A DNA stretch of 64,000 bases from a virus (taxonomy: Duplodnaviria > Caudoviricetes), in IMG/VR virus record IMGVR_UViG_3300005714_000005, positions 1-64,000 of that record. The stretch is one strand, 5' to 3'. The notes under the pieces were generated by a model. The model saw only the letters and a list, made by a program, of their open reading frames with translations. It made no database searches and was not told where the DNA came from. The position numbers and the translations under genes were made by a program. How positions within the stretch are numbered: position 1 is the stretch's first letter; every line of letters starts with the position of its first letter. Positions 28,799 through 39,823 of the stretch are shown here, piece by piece.

Positions 28799-29989
28799 AT
28801 GAAATTTGAAAAACTAGAGAATGAGACAGAATTTGAATATGGTTTGCGAATTATCGAGGGCAAAGTAAATCGTGAGATTGATTTGGATTGGGACGAAATT
28901 TGCGATTTATTGAAATTGGACGTGCATAAAGATAGCTTACGCAAGGCAACCTCAGTTACACCTTATAGTGGGGTGGCAGTTGCTAAATATTACAAAGATA
29001 AAATTGCCAATATGGTAGTCGAAGCTCAACCCGAACAATCTCAAAATGAATTGCTATTGGAACTAGAGATGAAGAAACGTGAACTCTATAAAGAGCGTGT
29101 AAAACTTCAAGACCTAAACAATGCAATCAGACGTGAAGGCAGACCTGAAGCACGTTGGGAAAAGGCTATGGAAGAATTATATAAAAATATTTCTATGTTG
29201 CCACCAATCAATATTCAATTGGCTAAAGACAATAAAGGTTCTAACGAAGCTAGTATTTTAATTAGTGATGTTCATATTGGGAAAGGTGTAGACACACCTC
29301 ACAATAAATACAATTTAGATATTGCACAAGAACGCTTAGGTAAATTAGCTACACAAGTAATTGAGTATTGCAAAATGCACAAAGTCGGAACATTAAATAT
29401 CGACCTTTTGGGCGATCTTATTGAAAATAATTTACATATTGACTCTCGTGTAGAGCAAGTATGCGACACTATGGAACAAGTTGCATATGCAAGTGAATTT
29501 TTATCTCAATTCATTTCAACATTAGCACCTTACTTTAATAAAATTCGTTTGCATAGTGTAGCAGGAAATCATGACCGATTGGAAAAGCAATATAAAGATA
29601 GTCGTGATGTTGAGAACTTTGTCAAGTTAATCGATACAATTATCGAACTACGCACAGGAATGAAGTTTGAGCGTAGTCACGTAGATGACGAGATTGAAGT
29701 TTATAAAATGAGCAACGGAATGACTATTGCTTTACAACATGGACACAATGTGAAAAATGTTGACACTCTTGTGAAAGACGTGTCTTTTTATTTGGAAACA
29801 AATATTGACTTCTGTCATATTGGACATTTCCATTCATTCAAAAGTGTAAAAGGAACTATTGTAAACGGAAGTGCTTGTGGAAGCGATAAGTATGCTAATA
29901 AACTTCGTTATAATGATAAAGCAAGTCAAGTATTGGTAGTTTACTATGAAGATGGAAGTCAAGTAATACATAACATTATTTTAAACTAA
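28799..29989 (+). CDS. Calcineurin-like metallophosphoesterase (YonJ-like)
   Basis: SDVHIG, LGDLIE, AGNHD, HGH, GHFH. Confidence 0.88.
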   Translation: MKFEKLENETEFEYGLRIIEGKVNREIDLDWDEICDLLKLDVHKDSLRKATSVTPYSGVAVAKYYKDKIANMVVEAQPEQSQNELLLELEMKKRELYKERVKLQDLNNAIRREGRPEARWEKAMEELYKNISMLPPINIQLAKDNKGSNEASILISDVHIGKGVDTPHNKYNLDIAQERLGKLATQVIEYCKMHKVGTLNIDLLGDLIENNLHIDSRVEQVCDTMEQVAYASEFLSQFISTLAPYFNKIRLHSVAGNHDRLEKQYKDSRDVENFVKLIDTIIELRTGMKFERSHVDDEIEVYKMSNGMTIALQHGHNVKNVDTLVKDVSFYLETNIDFCHIGHFHSFKSVKGTIVNGSACGSDKYANKLRYNDKASQVLVVYYEDGSQVIHNIILN

Positions 29990-30017
29990 ACCTAGCAAAT
30001 ATAAAAGAGGTGTGTGA

Positions 30018-31070
30018 ATGGCTAAAGTAAATATTGAAACTCCCTCTAGCAAACCTCTTTTCATGGTTTGCCCTAGATGTGGAAATAAATTAAATGGCAA
30101 TCAATTTTATTCTTGGAAAGGTAGACCAGGTGACGTATTGCCAATGTGTAAGGAATGTTTATATTCCTATTGTATTAATGCAAACGGACTCTCACGAGAT
30201 GGGATTATCAATGCAAGTCGATACATGGATTTACCTTATGTAGAAAATCATTATCAATCAATAGCTAATGGCAAGACTTCTGACAAGTGGAAATTGGCAC
30301 AATATTTCAATCGCCTAAGAGGTGACTTAAATATGCGAGATTGTCACTTTAAGGATTCTGTCTTTGACTACATTGAAGATTATAATAAAGTTGAAGAAGA
30401 AGTTGTTGATTTAAGACAAGAGTTTACTCCTACTGAAGATAATGAAGAAGAACGATTAACAACTGAACGTGTAAGCAAAACTGAACGATTTAAGGAATTA
30501 CAAGCCAAATGGGGTAACTATCAAAGTTTAGATTTCCTAGAACGTTGTGAAGCACTCTATAAGGAAATTGTAGAGGGTGGTTACATTATTCGTTCTGCCA
30601 TGCACGATATTTCTATACGAAACTATTGTACACTACAAGTCAAGTTTAATGTTGCCCAAGAGAAAGATGACTTCGTTGCAATGGATAAATTGAAACAAGC
30701 ATTGAAAGATGCTCGTGGAGATGCAAAACTCAATCCATCGCAATTAAAAGCGGAAGATTTCTCAACTGGTGGGGCAAATAGCTTTAGTGAAATTGCTCGA
30801 CTTGTGGCACAGAAGAATGGGTTTATTCCTTTGCCAATGAAATACTATAAACAACCTAATGACTACCTAGATTTCTTAGCTTGGGAATTGGTTAATTATA
30901 TGAGACATTGCATTGGTTTACCCGAAGTGGACTACGAAGAAGTGTACGAGTTTCAAATTAAAAAGATTAACGAATTTAATGAAAGATTTGATGCAGATAT
31001 TGAGAATGGTGACTTGGGTGACTTAGAGCCTGAAACCAAGGGGAAGAAAAGAGAATGGACTATAATTTAG
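30018..31070 (+). CDS. Probable terminase small subunit (YonG-like)
   Basis: CPRC/CKEC zinc motif; immediately upstream of terL. Confidence 0.6.
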   Translation: MAKVNIETPSSKPLFMVCPRCGNKLNGNQFYSWKGRPGDVLPMCKECLYSYCINANGLSRDGIINASRYMDLPYVENHYQSIANGKTSDKWKLAQYFNRLRGDLNMRDCHFKDSVFDYIEDYNKVEEEVVDLRQEFTPTEDNEEERLTTERVSKTERFKELQAKWGNYQSLDFLERCEALYKEIVEGGYIIRSAMHDISIRNYCTLQVKFNVAQEKDDFVAMDKLKQALKDARGDAKLNPSQLKAEDFSTGGANSFSEIARLVAQKNGFIPLPMKYYKQPNDYLDFLAWELVNYMRHCIGLPEVDYEEVYEFQIKKINEFNERFDADIENGDLGDLEPETKGKKREWTII

Positions 31071-31120
31071 TTGACTTTTATTAACTTCTCTACTATAAGG
31101 AAAAGGGGTGGTTTAAGGAT

Positions 31121-33674
31121 ATGCCAACAGAAAAAATAGGTTATAAAAGTGAATACACCCAGGAACAACAAGTTGAAAGATGGTCAGAGTTAATAGCCTA
31201 CTTTCGTTGGTATCCCGACATCATGCTAGATTGGCTAAGACCAACCGAAATAGACAAAGAAACTGGTAAGGTGAGAAAGTTAGGGATAGAATTAGGAGCG
31301 GATCAACGCCTACTACTTAGGAATATGTGTCGTTTTCCTTATAACTTCGAGGTTTTGAGCCGAGGATATGGTAAAACAACTTTCGAGCTATTGGCTTTGT
31401 ATCTAATGGCTATTCTATATCCTGATACAACTTGGTCAATGTCTGCTCAGACACTACAAACAAGTGCAGGGTTCTTTAGTGATAAACACGCAGATATTAT
31501 GAGATTTTATCCTATGTTGTTAAATGAAATTGACGGCAAGGTAAGAATTAGCGATAATGCAGTTGAGATTTGTTTTAAGAATGGCTCGGTTATAACAAAT
31601 GTAACCAATAGTGGTACGGCAAAAGGTCTCAGAAGGAACGGACTCGTATTCGAAGAAGCGGCATTAATGAACTTTAACAACTATCGTGACAATACCGAAC
31701 CTTTAACTTCAGAGGAGATTAAATCGCCACGTTATCAATCGGTTTATGACCCATATTGTAGCAACAAACAAAACTTTGTAACAACTGCTTACTATAAAAA
31801 TGAAGCATTTGAATTTTGTCGCAATATGGTGCTAGACATGGCTAATTGTAAAGGTGCTTTTGTTTACGGTGCTAGTTATAAATTGCCTGCGAAATTTGGA
31901 CGAGGGAGAAGTGTAGAACAAGTAGAGGCTCTGATTGATAAAGTAGGGCAATTAATGTTCAATTTCAACTACGGTTCTCGTTGGGCAGTCAACAATGGCT
32001 CTTGTATCGTTGATATGGATGAACTTAAAGCCTTACAAACTTTAAGTCAAGCAGAATTAAAAGGTCAAAAGAATGGCGAATACTACATCTCAATAGACGT
32101 TGCCCGAAGTGCAAAGACTTCTAACAATGCTAGTGCAATTGCTATCTTGCGGGTCAGACGAGATGCACGAGGTAAAGTTCGTGAGATACAAGCGGTCAAT
32201 CTAGTAAAATTACCAAACGGACTAAACTTTAAACAACAAACTGTAATTTTAAAACGCCTATGTAATCTATTTGAGCCTGAAGCATTGATAGTAGATATTA
32301 ATGGGTTAAATCTAGCCCCTTTGTATAGCAATATACACCGAAAAACTCTTTTAATTCATGGGAACTCTCAATCTTTAATTGAGACAATCATGAGCGAAGC
32401 TAAAATTCAATGTTATATTTTCAATGGAAAGAAGTGACTATATGAAAGAAGTATGGAAACCGATAAAGAACTACGAAGGTTATTACGAAGTTTCAAATAA
32501 GGGTAAAGTAAGAACAGTTACAAGATTTGTTCCGAATAGTGGCAAACATGGAATGTGGTATGAATCACGTATTCTCAAATTCAATATAGATAAAGACGGA
32601 TACTGCACAGTTGCTTTACAGAGAGAAGGAAAAGTAAAGCGATGTAAAGTGCATAGATTGGTGCTATCTACTTTTGACAATTATGAGAGTGATTTACAAG
32701 TAAACCACATTGACGGAAATAAACTCAATAACTGTTTAAGCAACCTTGAATGGGTAACTAGTAGTGAAAATATCAAACACGCATATAGTATTGGACTTAA
32801 AACCCAATCAGGTTCAAAGAATAACGGTTCTAAACTAACTGAGGAGCAAGTTATTCAAATGTGTGATTTCTTCAAATACACAACTTTTACTAATAAACAA
32901 ATCGCCGATATGTTTGACATAAAAAGCGATGAAACGATTAGAAAAATTAGAAAAAGAAAAGCGTGGACACACGTGACACAAAACATTGAATTTTAGAACG
33001 TGCAACGACTATCCCGAAAGGGAGTACACTCAAGCGAGTGGAAATGGAGAGTACCCAACTTGGGTAAAGATATAGTCTGGACTATGTGGTGACATATAGA
33101 AGTTCATAAGAGAACTGGCAAGGTGGTAGCGTACCTTGTTGAACACATTGTAGGTAAGGGACTTATGGATTATATTTTAGACGAAATTACATTAGAAGAT
33201 GGTACGGTATTGGAGGCTTACGACATGATTAATACTGACTACCGAAGTGAATATCGAAATGCTAAACGCTGTGTTTATGGTATTGAAGCACAATCTAACA
33301 ATACAGAAATGATTGTGCAATTTCAAAACATTGTAGGAACAAAAATCCTACGACTATTAGAACCTTTTGATGTTAATAAAGCTATCGACATTCCCGATGA
33401 AGATTATCTAGTGAGTGATATTTTACCGTTTTTACGAACTGAGAATTTTATCGGTGAAGTGCAAAACTTAACTGTTGAGGAAATTCAAGGTAGTGGTAAA
33501 TTAAAAGTCGGTCAACTCGTTAGAGCAGATAAGGATATTTTCTCGGCAGTTCAGATGGGTTCGTGGTATATCATGAAACATAAGAATGTTGGCTATGAGG
33601 AAGAGCAAGATATTGATTATCATGCAGTATTCAAATCTCTTATGAGAAAGCCTGATATTTATAAACATAGATAG
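31121..33674 (+). CDS. terL: Terminase large subunit; join(31121..32306,33151..33674), ~569 aa
   Basis: Walker A SRGYGKT, Walker B LVFEEA, nuclease IDVAR; splicing restores DINGLGKG. Confidence 0.9.
32307..33150 (+). mobile_element. Group I intron in terL encoding an HNH endonuclease
   Basis: P1 gggU/Gccc; gcaacgactatc and aagatatagtct core elements; terminal G. Confidence 0.88.
32442..32996 (+). CDS. Intron-encoded NUMOD4-HNH endonuclease
   Basis: EVWKPIKNYEGYYEVSNKGKV; HRLV...VNHIDGNKLNN..SNLEW. Confidence 0.92.
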   Translation: MKEVWKPIKNYEGYYEVSNKGKVRTVTRFVPNSGKHGMWYESRILKFNIDKDGYCTVALQREGKVKRCKVHRLVLSTFDNYESDLQVNHIDGNKLNNCLSNLEWVTSSENIKHAYSIGLKTQSGSKNNGSKLTEEQVIQMCDFFKYTTFTNKQIADMFDIKSDETIRKIRKRKAWTHVTQNIEF

Positions 33675-33683
33675 GAAAGGAGT

Positions 33684-35258
33684 GTGAGAAGAATGGAAAC
33701 TAATGAGATGCTAGAAGGTTTAAAAGTATTTGATGAGAATGTTGATAACTATACGGAAGCAGACAGATACGAAGATTTATTAACTTTCTCTAAACGATTA
33801 GAGGTACAAAATCGTAGACGTATGGACTCTTGGATTTCACGCCAAGCACAACAACGCTATGTGAAATACAATGATGAACAAGTTAAGCAATTCTTACAAG
33901 ACCCTCGTGCTCATGAAAAAGAGTTACGTCAATTAAGTCGTCAATTAGAAAATACAAGTCAAATTTATCAACGTATCGTAGGATATTTGCCAAGTTTAGC
34001 AATTATCAACCCTATCATTTTACCAACCTATCAAGCACAACGATTAAAAACAATTGATGTGCAATATGAGAAAGCAATGGAATATTTAACTTTATTAAAT
34101 TTACCAAAAGAATTGCTAAAAGTCTATCGTACCGTATTCCGAGAAGATGTATTCTATGGATTGGAATATGAAAGCGAAGATATGTATAGTATTCGACAAC
34201 TAGACCCTGATTACTGTCGTATTAGTGGAGTTGAGCATGGTGCTTATACATATCAAATGGATATGACTTTCTTCTGCAAGACAAAGAATTACGATGTTGA
34301 TACAACATTACTTGCAGAATATGACCAGTATATTGATGGTTTCTTTACCAAAGCATTTAACAACTATCGTAAAGATGGTAGCAAACAATGGGTTGACATT
34401 CCTGCTCAAAATTCAATTTGTATCAAGTTGAAAGAGGAATTGGATTATTGCTACCCACCTTATGCAAGTATTTATAAAGATATTCAATCAATTGAAGATT
34501 TTAAAGCATTAAATAAAATTGCAGAGGAACAAGCAAACTATAAAATTATTGGTTTCAAAATCCCAACTTTCTCAGGTAATAATGCGAAGAATAATCAACA
34601 AGACGCATTCTCTATCAAAGTTGAAACTGCAACAATGTTCTACGAATTAGCTCGTACTGCTATTGCAGATTCTATTGGTATCTTCTACTCGCCAATGGAT
34701 TGGGATAGTGTCAACTTCAATGACGGTACTACCAATACACGAAATCGAGTAAAAGAATCAACAGACCAACTATATGATAGTTTGGGAATTAGTCGTTTAG
34801 TATTCAATAGTGATAATGCCACAACTTTACAATATTCAATCAAATGTGATGAGGCATTGTTATTTGCACTAAACCGACAAATTGAAACTTGGATTACTCG
34901 TAAGTTTATTTATAAGCACAAAGGAAATTTCGTTTGTGAGATTTTAGACTTGACAATCTTCAATCGTAAAGATATGGCAGATACATTCCTAAAAGGCGCT
35001 CAAAGTGGAGTTCCAACAGTTGTCAAAACTTGGATTGCTATGGGTGGTCGTCAAGAAAACTTAATGGCTTATAATTTCTTACAAAATAATATTCTAAAAG
35101 TTCAAGATAACTTCATTCCACTTTCTACCTCATATACACAAAGTTCAAAGGATAGTGAGAGTGGTAGACCAACTGAGGAAAATCCAAATTCTGAGGTGAC
35201 AATTGAAAATCGCAATCGAGGTACTGATGCAGAAAAGACTGCGATGAATAATGCTTAA
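33684..35258 (+). CDS. Portal protein
   Basis: Size and position after terL; C-terminal PLSTSYTQS...GRP. Confidence 0.8.
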   Translation: MRRMETNEMLEGLKVFDENVDNYTEADRYEDLLTFSKRLEVQNRRRMDSWISRQAQQRYVKYNDEQVKQFLQDPRAHEKELRQLSRQLENTSQIYQRIVGYLPSLAIINPIILPTYQAQRLKTIDVQYEKAMEYLTLLNLPKELLKVYRTVFREDVFYGLEYESEDMYSIRQLDPDYCRISGVEHGAYTYQMDMTFFCKTKNYDVDTTLLAEYDQYIDGFFTKAFNNYRKDGSKQWVDIPAQNSICIKLKEELDYCYPPYASIYKDIQSIEDFKALNKIAEEQANYKIIGFKIPTFSGNNAKNNQQDAFSIKVETATMFYELARTAIADSIGIFYSPMDWDSVNFNDGTTNTRNRVKESTDQLYDSLGISRLVFNSDNATTLQYSIKCDEALLFALNRQIETWITRKFIYKHKGNFVCEILDLTIFNRKDMADTFLKGAQSGVPTVVKTWIAMGGRQENLMAYNFLQNNILKVQDNFIPLSTSYTQSSKDSESGRPTEENPNSEVTIENRNRGTDAEKTAMNNA

Positions 35259-35277
35259 TTTGAAAGGAGGTGAGAGT

Positions 35278-36510
35278 ATGGAGGAAATGAAGTCAAGAGT
35301 AAATTTCTTAGGAACTGCCAATTTCTCTAATTTCAAAGCAACTTCTAATCCCTCTTTTCATAAAGCGACTCTACGTATTATGGCTATTGATAAAATTGCC
35401 AATAAATATAAATTTACTGAGAAATCAGTAGAGAATGCTCTGAGTAGTATCGACAATGTACCATTAGCTACTTTCTTTGATGAACGAGCAAATAACTTAG
35501 GCGACCATGATGACCGTATGCGAGAAGGTCAACGTACCTATGGTGTGGGGACTATTGCAGAAAGTTGTGAAAAGTGGATTGAAGAAGTTGAAGAAAATGG
35601 AGTTGTTGATAAGTACCTTTCTAGTGAGGTTATCTTATGGAAACGTCAAGAGAAAGAGTACGACTTTATCAGACGACATAAGGAATTAAGTGTAAGTATG
35701 GAAGTGCAACCAACTAAGGCATATCGAAACAAAGATGGGATTATTGTTGTAGAGGATTTCTACTTTACAGCAGTTACTATCTTGGGTATCGGTATTAACC
35801 CTGCATTTGGTGGTGCTTCAATTACATTTAGCCAACAAGATGAACAGTATCAACAAATGATGACTGAATTAAAAGAATTTGAAAATGGAGGGTTTTCTAT
35901 GGAAGAAAATCAAATTGTGAACGAACCTATCACAACTCCTGAACCAATTGAGCCAATCGTTGAACCTAATGAACCAACTGAACCTATTACTGAAGAACCA
36001 AAGGTGCAGGAAGATACAAAAACTGAACCTATTGCAGAGCCAGTAGCAGAACCAAAGGTTGAGCCTGATAAGGTAGATTATAAAGCTCAAATGGAACAAA
36101 TGGAAGTTGAATATTCTAAAACAATTCGTGACTTAACACAAGAGAAAGATACATTATCTCAACAAATTCAAACTTTAGCAAGTGAGAAAACTGCACTAGA
36201 GGAAGAATTAAATTCTCTTCGTGAATACAAAAACACGATTGAAAAAGAACAACGTACTAATGCTCAAAATGAAGTATTAGAACGCTATGCAGACTTAAAA
36301 GATTATGAGGGATATGAGGACTTAATGGGTCGATTAGATACATTAAGTGCAGAAGAATTAGAAAATAATCTTCTTATCTTATTAGGTCGTGCAGAACGTG
36401 CAAAACGTGAAAAACAACGAGGTAACAAACCTACACAAGCTAAGATTAACATTACTACTGCAAATAGTCAACAGGTGACACAAGTACACCCTCGATATGG
36501 AATTATCTAG
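35278..36510 (+). CDS. Prohead protease-scaffold (YonD-like)
   Basis: SVSMEV...TAVTILG...PAF protease-like motifs; PE-rich linker; coiled coil. Confidence 0.8.
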   Translation: MEEMKSRVNFLGTANFSNFKATSNPSFHKATLRIMAIDKIANKYKFTEKSVENALSSIDNVPLATFFDERANNLGDHDDRMREGQRTYGVGTIAESCEKWIEEVEENGVVDKYLSSEVILWKRQEKEYDFIRRHKELSVSMEVQPTKAYRNKDGIIVVEDFYFTAVTILGIGINPAFGGASITFSQQDEQYQQMMTELKEFENGGFSMEENQIVNEPITTPEPIEPIVEPNEPTEPITEEPKVQEDTKTEPIAEPVAEPKVEPDKVDYKAQMEQMEVEYSKTIRDLTQEKDTLSQQIQTLASEKTALEEELNSLREYKNTIEKEQRTNAQNEVLERYADLKDYEGYEDLMGRLDTLSAEELENNLLILLGRAERAKREKQRGNKPTQAKINITTANSQQVTQVHPRYGII

Positions 36511-36572
36511 TAAGCAGTATTCAATGTATATAAAAACAATCTCAAAAGAGAACTGAAGGAGGAATTTGCAAT

Positions 36573-37145
36573 ATGGCAAACATTTTATATTTCAACTTAA
36601 CAAATGTTAAAGAAGCAAAAGGTGGTCGCCCACAAACAGTTATGTTCACAGGGGCAGAATTAAAACCTAATGGGTCAATCGTAACTTTAGGTGATACTAA
36701 AGAAAACAAAGGAGCTGCTCGTGAATTAGACCATGTTCATGACGTAACTTTCGGAGCTTTAGACAAAGTAATTGGTGCATGGGTAATTGCGGCACCTGAA
36801 ATCGTAGCACAACAATATCGTTTAATTGATGACAAAGCATGGCAATTTGCTTTAGAACCAAATGAAACTTATGCAGCTTACCAATTGCAAGCTTTAGACC
36901 GTTTAGAGTATTCAGAAGGATACTTCAAAACTGCTGTTTCAACTTTAAAAGTTGGAGATTATGTAAAAATCGATGCTCAAGGAAAATTCGAAAAAGGAAC
37001 TAATGCACAAGATTCTGCTTTTCGTATTGTAAGCATTTTAGACGTTACTAAACCAGTAGTTTTAGCGGCCAACGCTACAAAAGACCAACCTGCTGCTTTC
37101 ATTCCACAATTAGGAAAAATGGTTAAATTAGAGGTAGTACGATAG
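36573..37145 (+). CDS. Head decoration protein (probable)
   Basis: Position between scaffold and capsid genes. Confidence 0.6.
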   Translation: MANILYFNLTNVKEAKGGRPQTVMFTGAELKPNGSIVTLGDTKENKGAARELDHVHDVTFGALDKVIGAWVIAAPEIVAQQYRLIDDKAWQFALEPNETYAAYQLQALDRLEYSEGYFKTAVSTLKVGDYVKIDAQGKFEKGTNAQDSAFRIVSILDVTKPVVLAANATKDQPAAFIPQLGKMVKLEVVR

Positions 37146-37183
37146 TCTTAGGACATCGTTACTTGAAGGAGGAATAAATACAT

Positions 37184-38227
37184 ATGATGACTACAACACA
37201 AATCGCAAACTTAATGATTGACAATTACAAAGGTGTAGCACCTGCTCACTTTTCAAATGGATTAACTGCCGAACAACAAATTTCAGAAGCTATGTTCTCT
37301 GCAATGGGAATTGCACCAACTACTGACACTACTGAAATCATCAAAGCATTCCGTAAAGAATCTGTTCGTAACGCAGTATTCTCAATCGTAGAAGAAGTTG
37401 TTCAAGATGGAATTATCCACGAAGCATGGCAAAACCCATTCTTCCAATTATTCGTTGAATCTCGTTCTCAAAAACGTGGAGACAAAACTACATTCTATGT
37501 AAAATCTAAAAAAGAAGTTGTTGTATCTCGTGTTGCTAAAGATGCTCAAGTTTCTGTTGACCGTCAACGCCCAACTGATGGAGCAGAATTAGACGTTAAA
37601 GTTGAAACTTACGCTATCTCTGTATACGAATACATCGCTCGTATCTTAACTGGTCGTGCAGAATGGAGCGATTTAGTAATGGCATTATACGAAGCAGTAG
37701 AACGTTTTATTGCTGAAAAATGTTATGCTACTTTCTTAGCAGTATGCGAGAACTTACCAACTCAATTCATTCACAACGGAACTTATGACCGTAAGAAAAT
37801 CAAAAAAGCTATTCGTGACGTTAAAATGGCTTCAGGAGCAACTTCAGTTACTTTATTAGGTACTGGTTTAGCTTTAGACTATTTAGCAGACGAAAGTGGA
37901 ATTGACTACATGAAATCAGAAAAAGCTCGTGTAGAAATGATGGAATATGGTCGTGTTGGTCGTTGGTACGGAGAAACTGTTGTTGAATTACCAAACGCAT
38001 TCAAACAAGGTACAGGTTTAAAAGAAACTGTAATGAAAGATGACGTTATCTTCATCGTTCCTAACACAGTTGAAAAACCAGTTAAATTAATTACAGAAAA
38101 CGTCTTAATCGACTTCGATAACTCAGGTTTACGTGTAGACGAAACTTTAGAATTATCTATGAAGTTCTCATTTGGTGTGTCTGTAATCACAGGTAATGTG
38201 CTTGGGTTAATCTCAGGAATTAAGTAA
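37184..38227 (+). CDS. Major capsid protein
   Basis: Position, size, strong codon bias, terminator at 38246-38275. Confidence 0.8.
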   Translation: MMTTTQIANLMIDNYKGVAPAHFSNGLTAEQQISEAMFSAMGIAPTTDTTEIIKAFRKESVRNAVFSIVEEVVQDGIIHEAWQNPFFQLFVESRSQKRGDKTTFYVKSKKEVVVSRVAKDAQVSVDRQRPTDGAELDVKVETYAISVYEYIARILTGRAEWSDLVMALYEAVERFIAEKCYATFLAVCENLPTQFIHNGTYDRKKIKKAIRDVKMASGATSVTLLGTGLALDYLADESGIDYMKSEKARVEMMEYGRVGRWYGETVVELPNAFKQGTGLKETVMKDDVIFIVPNTVEKPVKLITENVLIDFDNSGLRVDETLELSMKFSFGVSVITGNVLGLISGIK

Positions 38228-38347
38228 TCAACGATTATCAATTGATAGAGGAGTATAACTTTATACTCCTTTTTTGAATTGATAATTGACTTTTGTGAAC
38301 TAATTGTTTATAATATGATTATACAACAATTAAAGGAGAGATGAATA

Positions 38348-38518
38348 GTGGAAAAACAAGGTAAATTAATCATTAGCCCAATCGTAGCAAAGAAATTATT
38401 AGATATGGACAATACAATCATTGATTTAAAACCAAATAAACGCAATCCAAGAGAAACAGTATTTGTGTTTGAGGTTACAAATAAACTAAGCTCAGATTTA
38501 AAATTATTGAGTAAGTAA
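38348..38518 (+). CDS. DUF5659-like small protein (56 aa, not in ORF track)
   Basis: LIISPIVAKKLL...IIDLKPNK...TVFVFE; promoter TTGACT-N17-TATAAT at 38286. Confidence 0.7.
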   Translation: MEKQGKLIISPIVAKKLLDMDNTIIDLKPNKRNPRETVFVFEVTNKLSSDLKLLSK

Positions 38519-38542
38519 AGCATTTTGAAAAGGAGAGAAAAT

Positions 38543-38797
38543 ATGAAAGAATTGGTAATTAAGACTTTATTCTATATTTGGTTTCTTTTCACTTTTAGTG
38601 TAATCTTATTCATTCCTTTCTATACATTAGGTACATTTGTAGCGATAGTGGGGTTAATGGTGGGTAAGAATTACACAGTATTGGCAATTGCTAAAGTGTG
38701 TTTCTTCATCTCTAGTGTTATATCACTATTTGTAATGTGTACAGGTGGAGATGCAATCGAGAAGTGTTATGAAGAAACTCGGAATAAAAAGAAATAA
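38543..38797 (+). CDS. Small membrane protein
   Basis: Two hydrophobic segments; RBS aggag. Confidence 0.7.
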   Translation: MKELVIKTLFYIWFLFTFSVILFIPFYTLGTFVAIVGLMVGKNYTVLAIAKVCFFISSVISLFVMCTGGDAIEKCYEETRNKKK

Positions 38798-38843
38798 TAC
38801 ATAAAAGAGACCTCTTAGTAGGTCTTTTTGATTTGTCTGAAAG

Positions 38844-39038
38844 GTGGTGAGAACTATGAAGCCACACATTGTAGTTATCTATAATATTTACCAAGCTAAT
38901 GCTTTTGTTAAAAATGGAGCAAAGGTGCTTGGATTTAAGAAAAAAGAAGAAACGAAACATATTGGCATCTTGTTTGAAAATGATGAATTATTCCAAACAC
39001 TAATGGAAAAATGGCGTAATTATGAATTGCCTAAATAA
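38844..39038 (+). CDS. DUF5659-like small protein
   Basis: IYNIYQANAFVKNG...ILFE...MEKW. Confidence 0.55.
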   Translation: MVRTMKPHIVVIYNIYQANAFVKNGAKVLGFKKKEETKHIGILFENDELFQTLMEKWRNYELPK

Positions 39039-39057
39039 TATGAAAGGATTTGATACT

Positions 39058-39801
39058 ATGTCTGAAAAAGTAGAAACAACAGAGGTAAAGAAACCTCGTA
39101 AAAAAGCTACAACAACAAAATCTACTACTGCTAAAGCTAAAGAAGAAGTTGTTGAACAAGTAGCACCTCAACCTCAAATGACACCTGACATGATGGCTAT
39201 GTTTGCACAATTTGCACAATTCATGCAAATGCAACAACAAGCACAAGTTGCTCAACCTGTTGTTGAGGTAGAGAAGAAACCAACACGAGTAAAGAAAATT
39301 AAATCTACATCTACAAAAGGTATGACTAAACAAGCAGTTAGACGCAAGTGGAAAGGTACAGAGGTTTACTTAACAAGTGTAGTCCCTGGTACGGTATCTT
39401 ACAAAGGTAAACTTGATACTTATGGGTGGGATTATTTAGGAGATAGCCAACCTGTATCAATTGAAGATGTAATCTCTATGCCTGACTCTTTCTTAAAGAA
39501 ACCTTTATTAGAAATTAGTGAAGGTGACAATGAGGAAGAATTATTAGATGATTTAATCACTTGTTTAGGATTAGAGTCAATGTATGAGCATTTGTTCATT
39601 TTAGATACTTTAGAAAATGATATTGAGAATATTAACATGGAGAAATTAAAAGAAGTCCTAGCTACCTCAAAAGAGGAAGGTCATGATTTAGAAGTTGAAG
39701 TAACTGCTATTGTTCAATCAAAAATCAACAATAAAGAGTTATTAAACTATCATGCTATTTCAGAATTTGAGAAATTGTTAGGTCGTTCATTCAATAAGTA
39801 A
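39058..39801 (+). CDS. Hypothetical protein after the capsid gene
   Basis: Low-complexity K/T/Q N-terminus; conserved position. Confidence 0.7.
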   Translation: MSEKVETTEVKKPRKKATTTKSTTAKAKEEVVEQVAPQPQMTPDMMAMFAQFAQFMQMQQQAQVAQPVVEVEKKPTRVKKIKSTSTKGMTKQAVRRKWKGTEVYLTSVVPGTVSYKGKLDTYGWDYLGDSQPVSIEDVISMPDSFLKKPLLEISEGDNEEELLDDLITCLGLESMYEHLFILDTLENDIENINMEKLKEVLATSKEEGHDLEVEVTAIVQSKINNKELLNYHAISEFEKLLGRSFNK

Positions 39802-39823
39802 TTCTCCATTCACTTGAAAGGAG

